64,000 bases of DNA. It comes from Rickettsiales bacterium (GTDB lineage Bacteria; Pseudomonadota; Alphaproteobacteria; Rickettsiales; UBA3002). Of the stretch, positions 58,834 through 64,000 are shown piece by piece. The stretch is taken from the NCBI GenBank assembly GCA_022763105.1, contig JALEGK010000067.1, positions 1,811 to 65,810 on the forward strand, read 5' to 3'. The position numbers and the translations under genes are program-made. The notes beneath the pieces are model-generated. The model had not been told where the DNA came from, made no database searches, and saw only the letters and a list, made by a program, of their open reading frames with translations. The number at the start of each line of letters is the position of its first letter. Position 1 is the first letter of the stretch.

Positions 58834-59987
58834 ACCGCATGACCATTTTGGAAAAGATGATGGAAGCCCATCTCTTTGGCTTTATCTTTCACACGGTCAC
58901 CCGTGGCTGCCTTCGCACCAAACTTGATATCATTCACTGCTGCAAAAACCGGCTTTAATGCATCGGTTTGTGCTGATACTTCTTCTTTCTGACGTGTCTT
59001 CTGATTAACAGCTGCCGTGCTAAACATCGCATTCTTATAGAATGGATTACCATGAGCCAAATCATCAATACGGTGCGCATATTCATTAAACTCTAATAAG
59101 TCCGCCCCTTCTTGGAAATAACGCAATGGGCGATGCTTATGATCAAGCTTCAGCCCTTTTTCATCATTAATGAAATCATTCTTCGCTAAATATTTTCTGA
59201 TCTTTTCAGCTCGGTTTTTAATCAGCTCTTTGTCAGACCCATGAAGGAACAATTCATCGACATTATTTTCGCAGGCATATGGGCGCGTACCTTTACGTTC
59301 TGCAAAATAGGTTTTCTCCATGATCTTAAAGGCCTCGCCAAATAATGGAACAGAATCTCCATGGTTAAACCCTGGCAGCAAACCTTCGCGTAAAAAATGA
59401 ATAAGATCAGTAAGCGCCGGCAATCCTTGTTTCTTGGCAATATCTTTAGCGGTCTTACCATCTGGCACTTCACGTCCATCACCAAGCTCATGATCGCGGC
59501 CTTTCAGATGCTCAGCGAGCTTATCTATCCCCTCCACTTCAATCACATACATACGTAATTCATGTGGTTTACCCGCATGGGATGGATAGCGAATTTTAGA
59601 CACAGGCTCCGAAAAGATTTTCTCTTCTACGCTACTGCCATCATGATCTGCATAAAATGCCGATTTTTTAACAACGGTAACCCCTTCATAACCTTCCGGC
59701 CCACCTCTAAGCAGTCGGTCTATATTGATACCTGTTTCTTCTGAAAATTCTTTCTTGGCTGTCTCAGACAAACTATGCCCTTCTTCCTGACTGCCTTTAC
59801 CGAATGTGTAGGCTTTTACTTTATCGCCAAAACGCCCCTCATTAAATGGGGCCACCACTTTCCAATCGGTGTGCCCTCTGCCTAGTGACTCGGCAAGACC
59901 ATTCACCTTGCCAACCAAAATAATGCCCGCCTTGCGATCTTCACGGGGCACATAATAAGCTGGGGCATAATTCTTCATCATTACCAT
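58830..59987 (-). CDS. Hypothetical protein with degenerate Nudix box and ~230-aa unknown C-terminal region
   Basis: 385 aa. GKGSQEEGHSLSETAKKEFSEETGI approximates Gx5Ex7REUxEExGU, with a 9-residue spacer and Lys replacing Arg. No signal peptide. Confidence 0.6.
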   Translation of the reverse strand: MVMMKNYAPAYYVPREDRKAGIILVGKVNGLAESLGRGHTDWKVVAPFNEGRFGDKVKAYTFGKGSQEEGHSLSETAKKEFSEETGINIDRLLRGGPEGYEGVTVVKKSAFYADHDGSSVEEKIFSEPVSKIRYPSHAGKPHELRMYVIEVEGIDKLAEHLKGRDHELGDGREVPDGKTAKDIAKKQGLPALTDLIHFLREGLLPGFNHGDSVPLFGEAFKIMEKTYFAERKGTRPYACENNVDELFLHGSDKELIKNRAEKIRKYLAKNDFINDEKGLKLDHKHRPLRYFQEGADLLEFNEYAHRIDDLAHGNPFYKNAMFSTAAVNQKTRQKEEVSAQTDALKPVFAAVNDIKFGAKAATGDRVKDKAKEMGFHHLFQNGHAV

Positions 59988-60176
59988 AACAGTTTAATTT
60001 ACCAAGATTTACTGGTGTTTTGCGTGACGAATAGATGAAGCATTTATGAAGATGAGACAGAGCACCAAATTATTGCCCACAAACCATGAAAATTCATGAT
60101 TTTTGCTGGATTCAGCCCCCTAATTCCATATAATGCAGGCAAAATATCAATACCCTTTCGGGAGACACAATCGCAC

Positions 60177-60581
60177 ATGACTACTCAATCACGCCCCCTT
60201 TCTCCTCATTTGCAGGTCTATCGTCCCCAAATCACCTCTATGATGTCTATTTCGCACCGTGCTTCGGGTGTGTTTCTGAGCTTAGGCGCCATCATGCTGG
60301 TTGGATGGCTGTGGGCCGCCGCTTATGATATCCAGTATTTCAACGAGCTAAGCTACCATTTCAGTCAATGGTATGGGCTGCTCTTCTTGCTGGGTTGGAC
60401 CAAGGCATTTTTCTATCACTTAGCCAACGGTATCCGCCATTTATTCTGGGATATCGGTAAAGGCTACGCGCTCGCCAACGTGACCCGCTCTGGCGTGTTT
60501 GTGATCTTATTCGCTTTAGGCATGACCGCACTGGTCTGGTACAACATCTACGAGAAAGGGCTAATCAATGTCCAATTCTGA
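60177..60581 (+). CDS. sdhC: Succinate dehydrogenase cytochrome b556 subunit
   Basis: 134 aa from ATG 60177 (RBS GGGAGA). RPLSPHLQVYRPQITS...SHRASG. Confidence 0.9.
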   Translation: MTTQSRPLSPHLQVYRPQITSMMSISHRASGVFLSLGAIMLVGWLWAAAYDIQYFNELSYHFSQWYGLLFLLGWTKAFFYHLANGIRHLFWDIGKGYALANVTRSGVFVILFALGMTALVWYNIYEKGLINVQF

Positions 60582-60966
60582 TGAACTTCGAAGCCCACTC
60601 GCAAATGTGCGCGGTCTAGGCTCCGCTAAAGACGGCACCGAGCATTGGTGGATGCAACGCGTTACCGCGCTGGTCCTTATCCCAACCACTATCTGGTTTA
60701 TGTGCTCGCTTATTTGCAAAATCATTGGGCAAGACCATATGGCCGTTGTTGAGTGGTTTAACTCTCCTGCGGTTGCGGCAACCATGCTGGTGCTAGTCAC
60801 CGCCATGTTCTACCACGCTAAACTTGGCTTACAGGTCGTCATCGAAGATTACGTACACAAGACATGCAGCAAGAAGTTTTTACTACTTCTGATCAGCATT
60901 GGCTTTCCTGTGCTGACTGCCATTTCTTGGCTTTCTATCGTTAAGCTTCACTTACTGGGTTTCTAA
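60568..60966 (+). CDS. sdhD: Succinate dehydrogenase hydrophobic membrane anchor subunit
   Basis: 132 aa. GTEHWWMQRVTA motif and operon position. Confidence 0.9.
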   Translation: MSNSDELRSPLANVRGLGSAKDGTEHWWMQRVTALVLIPTTIWFMCSLICKIIGQDHMAVVEWFNSPAVAATMLVLVTAMFYHAKLGLQVVIEDYVHKTCSKKFLLLLISIGFPVLTAISWLSIVKLHLLGF

Positions 60967-60990
60967 TCCTTCAATCAAAGGACACACACA

Positions 60991-62790
60991 ATGACCGTTA
61001 CCGGTGACTATAAAATTGAAGATCATTATTACGACGTCGTAGTCGTCGGCGCCGGCGGCGCTGGATTGCGCGCAACCTTCGGCATGGCCGTAGAAGGCTT
61101 GTCAACGGCTTGTATCACCAAAGTATTCCCTACCCGCTCACACACTGTAGCGGCGCAAGGCGGTATCTCTGCGGCACTGGGTAATATGGGGCCGGATGAT
61201 TGGCGCTGGCATATGTACGACACCGTTAAAGGCTCTGACTGGCTCGGCGATCAGGATGCCATTGAGTATATGTGTAAGAACGCGCCCGATGCGATTATCG
61301 AGCTGGAACATTATGGCGTGCCATTCTCTCGTACCAAAGACGGTAAGATTTATCAGCGCCCATTCGGCGGTATGACGACTGAATATGGCGAAGGTCCGGC
61401 TGCACAACGCACCTGTGCTGCGGCTGACCGTACCGGCCACGCAATTCTACACACGCTTTACACCCAAGCGCTTCGCCATCAGGCGAAATTCTTCATCGAA
61501 TATTTTGCGACCGATCTAATGATGGATGATGAGGGCCGTTGCTGCGGTGTCATGGCTTGGAACCTAGATGACGGGACCCTTCACCGCTTCCACGGACAAA
61601 TGACCGTTCTGGCAACCGGTGGTTATGGCCGCGCCTACTTCTCTTGTACTTCCGCACATACCTGTACCGGTGATGGCGGCGGCATGGTCGCACGTGCAGG
61701 CTTGCCTCTACAAGATATGGAATTCGTACAATTCCACCCAACCGGTGTTTACGGTGCGGGCTGCCTGATTACCGAAGGCGTGCGTGGTGAAGGTGGTTAT
61801 CTGGTGAACTCCGAAGGTGAGCGCTTTATGGAGCGCTATGCACCATCGGCTAAAGACTTGGCATCACGCGATGTTGTCAGCCGCTCAATGACCATTGAAA
61901 TCAATGAAGGACGCGGCGTCGGTCCAAATGGCGATCATATTTATTTGCATCTTGATCACCTCGATGATGACGTCATTCACAACCGCCTGCCGGGCATTGC
62001 TGAAACCGCACGCATCTTTGCAGGTGCCGATGTAACCAAAGAACCAATCCCTGTGATTCCAACGGTTCACTATAATATGGGCGGTATCCCAACCAATTAT
62101 CACGGCGAAGTAGTAACGCTCAAAGGCAAAGACCCTGACCATGTAGTGCCAGGCCTAATGGCAATTGGTGAAGCGGGTTGCGTATCGGTTCATGGTGCAA
62201 ACCGTTTGGGTTCTAACTCACTGCTTGATCTTGTCGTGTTTGGTCGTGCTGCCGCACACCGTGCACGTGAAATCATCAAGCCGGGCGCGCCTCAGCCGGT
62301 GCTGCCAGACTCTGCAACTGAAAAAGCGCTTGAGCGTCTGGATAAAATCCGTCACTCGAAAGGCTCTTCTACGACCGCTGAGATTCGTGGCAATATGCAG
62401 CAAACCATGCAGAAGCATGCAGCTGTATTCCGCTCTGCCGATTCACTTAAAGAAGGCGTGAAGAAAATGGAGAAAGTCCATGCGTCCTTCGAGAAAATCG
62501 GCATCAAGGACCGCGGCATGGTCTGGAACAGTGATCTGGTCGAAGCACTCGAGCTGGACAACCTTCGCTCACAGGCGTTGGTGACCGTATCTTGCGCACT
62601 CAACCGCGAAGAAAGCCGTGGCGCACATGCGCATGAAGACTTCCCGGACCGCGATGACAAGAAATGGATGAAGCACACCATTTGTTGGATCGATGAAAAA
62701 GGGAAACGCAAAATCGATTACCGCCCAGTCCACATGACCACCCTGACAGACGAAGTCGAAGTCGTTCCAGCAAAGGCACGAGTCTATTAA
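60991..62790 (+). CDS. sdhA: Succinate dehydrogenase flavoprotein subunit
   Basis: 599 aa. [12 protein letters not shown], covalent-FAD His context [10 protein letters not shown], and HGANRLG. Confidence 0.95.
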   Translation: MTVTGDYKIEDHYYDVVVVGAGGAGLRATFGMAVEGLSTACITKVFPTRSHTVAAQGGISAALGNMGPDDWRWHMYDTVKGSDWLGDQDAIEYMCKNAPDAIIELEHYGVPFSRTKDGKIYQRPFGGMTTEYGEGPAAQRTCAAADRTGHAILHTLYTQALRHQAKFFIEYFATDLMMDDEGRCCGVMAWNLDDGTLHRFHGQMTVLATGGYGRAYFSCTSAHTCTGDGGGMVARAGLPLQDMEFVQFHPTGVYGAGCLITEGVRGEGGYLVNSEGERFMERYAPSAKDLASRDVVSRSMTIEINEGRGVGPNGDHIYLHLDHLDDDVIHNRLPGIAETARIFAGADVTKEPIPVIPTVHYNMGGIPTNYHGEVVTLKGKDPDHVVPGLMAIGEAGCVSVHGANRLGSNSLLDLVVFGRAAAHRAREIIKPGAPQPVLPDSATEKALERLDKIRHSKGSSTTAEIRGNMQQTMQKHAAVFRSADSLKEGVKKMEKVHASFEKIGIKDRGMVWNSDLVEALELDNLRSQALVTVSCALNREESRGAHAHEDFPDRDDKKWMKHTICWIDEKGKRKIDYRPVHMTTLTDEVEVVPAKARVY

Positions 62791-63635
62791 TGATCAGACA
62801 GGCCACAACCTCATCTATCATCTTTTCGGCGATTGCATCTGCAACATTGCTGCTGGCAGCCTGTGCCAAGCCAACAACGGCTGTGCCTAAAGCCACGCAA
62901 GCTGAGATTGATCGTGAGCGTAATTGGCAGATGAAAGATGTGCATGGCAAAGTCGCCAAAGATTATGCGGAAGTAGAATATTCTAAGACCGAAATCAATG
63001 CGATGACAGAGCGTATGCAACGTATCGTCAATAAACTGTCTCCAGAAGCAACCAAGCTATGCCGTGAAATGAATGGCCCTGAAGCCAACTGCAATATGAT
63101 CATCTCACTAGCGCAAGAAGGCAAAGGCGTAAATGCGCATGCAGACGGCGAAAAAATTGTCATCTACCCAGCGATGATCGACTTTACGACCAATGATAAT
63201 CACCTCGCATTTGTGATTGCCCATGAATACACGCACCACATGCTCGAGCATGTTAGCTCTAGCCAACAAAATGTGCTTACCGGAGCCATACTTGGCACGC
63301 TCGCCGATGCGCTAGCTTCATCACAAGGCGTGAATACAAGTGGTCAGCTTGGAAAGCTTGGAGCTCAGGCTAGTATCCTAACCTATTCCCCAGAGTTTGA
63401 GCATGAAGCTGATTATGTTGGTGCCTATATGTTGGCACGCGCGGGCTTCAAGCTCGATAATGTGCCAGACTTTTGGCGTGAAATGTCGCAGAATAATCCG
63501 AAAGGAATTTACACGCGCACCACGCACCCAACCACACCAGAACGCTATGTCGCTTTGAGAAAAGCGATAGAAGAAATTCGTGACAAACAACGTCGTAAAC
63601 AACCACTACGTCCAAATATGGTCGTTGAAAATTAA
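62790..63635 (+). CDS. M48-family zinc metallopeptidase lipoprotein
   Basis: 281 aa. Lipobox LLAAC and the HExxH site AHEYTHHMLEH. The ATG shares one base with the sdhA TAA, and sdhB follows 18 nt later. Confidence 0.7.
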   Translation: MIRQATTSSIIFSAIASATLLLAACAKPTTAVPKATQAEIDRERNWQMKDVHGKVAKDYAEVEYSKTEINAMTERMQRIVNKLSPEATKLCREMNGPEANCNMIISLAQEGKGVNAHADGEKIVIYPAMIDFTTNDNHLAFVIAHEYTHHMLEHVSSSQQNVLTGAILGTLADALASSQGVNTSGQLGKLGAQASILTYSPEFEHEADYVGAYMLARAGFKLDNVPDFWREMSQNNPKGIYTRTTHPTTPERYVALRKAIEEIRDKQRRKQPLRPNMVVEN

Positions 63636-63653
63636 GCCCTAAGGGAGACACAC

Positions 63654-64000
63654 ATGGTCGAATTTGCGCTACCGAAAAATTCTAAGATTACCAAAGGACA
63701 GCATCATGCTGCACCTTCGGGAGCTAAGAACACCAAAACCTTCCGCATCTACCGCTGGGATCCGGAAGATGTAAACGATAAGGGCGAAGCGAAGAACCCG
63801 CGCGTCGACTCATACGATGTCGATATGGATAGCTGCGGCCCGATGGTGCTCGATGCGATCATCAAAATTAAAGACGAGATGGATAGCAGCCTAACCTTCC
63901 GCCGCTCTTGCCGCGAGGGAATTTGCGGCTCATGCGCGATGAATATCGATGGCACCAACACGCTTGCCTGCACCAAATCAATCGATGAGGTGAAAGGCGA
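63654..64000 (+). CDS. sdhB: Succinate dehydrogenase iron-sulfur subunit (5' part; runs off the window)
   Basis: My own translation from ATG 63654 (RBS AAGGGAGA) gives [11 protein letters not shown]...FRIYRWDP...[28 protein letters not shown]. It is absent from the ORF track because there is no stop inside the window. Confidence 0.9.
   Translation, partial: MVEFALPKNSKITKGQHHAAPSGAKNTKTFRIYRWDPEDVNDKGEAKNPRVDSYDVDMDSCGPMVLDAIIKIKDEMDSSLTFRRSCREGICGSCAMNIDGTNTLACTKSIDEVKG

Noticed and set aside
1-64000. Searched by eye for tRNA/rRNA genes, CRISPR repeat-spacer arrays, IS elements and inverted terminal repeats, integrases, reverse transcriptases, toxin-antitoxin pairs and known defence-system gene signatures
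   Set aside because: None found. Every spacer longer than 100 bp was read, and none shows cloverleaf-compatible or array-like structure. No ORF carries DDE, tyrosine-recombinase or RT motifs. Manual scanning could still miss a degenerate element.

Overview
This is a densely coding 64-kb stretch that looks like alphaproteobacterial chromosome backbone. I infer that from gene order: sdhC-sdhD-sdhA-(insert)-sdhB, divergent ccmAB/acnA, rpsP-rimM-trmD-rplS-leuC..leuD..leuB-asd, lytic transglycosylase-rlpA-dac-tmk-holB-metG-tatD, thrS-infC, serC-serA, a PhaR-associated phaCAB locus, and a candidate SAM-II riboswitch on metZ. I call about 70 protein-coding genes, 4 intrinsic terminators, 1 candidate riboswitch and a few repeats and palindromes. 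I found no rRNA, tRNA, CRISPR array, transposase, integrase or phage genes. Packing is tight: there are many same-strand ATGA/TAATG overlaps, and seven convergent gene pairs have stop codons that abut or overlap. Seven things are not ordinary. (1) A 5.6-kb block between acnA and rpsP (42912-48523) holds four ORFs with no recognisable family around an NhaC antiporter: a small acidic protein, two doubly anchored membrane proteins, and a 592-aa multi-hairpin membrane protein. (2) A 239-aa protein ends in a Gly/Trp-rich tail (GWG..IWG..FWG..GGWW) and sits behind a palindrome-rich AT-rich promoter region. (3) A 629-aa class-3 lipase fusion lies directly after thrS-infC. (4) A degenerate Nudix-box protein carries a long unknown C-terminal region. 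(5) The PHB locus has a short class-III-like PhaC, preceded by a 158-aa partner with a histone-H1-like K/A/P tail. (6) The leu and sdh operons are interrupted by small envelope proteins and an M48 lipoprotein peptidase. (7) Several well-initiated mini-ORFs of 22, 44 and 50 aa fall below the ORF-track cutoff. The acnA-rpsP block and the GW-tail protein are my best candidates for something undescribed. All function calls come from reading motifs by eye in the supplied translations. No database search was possible, start codons are provisional, and every novelty claim needs a homology or structure search.
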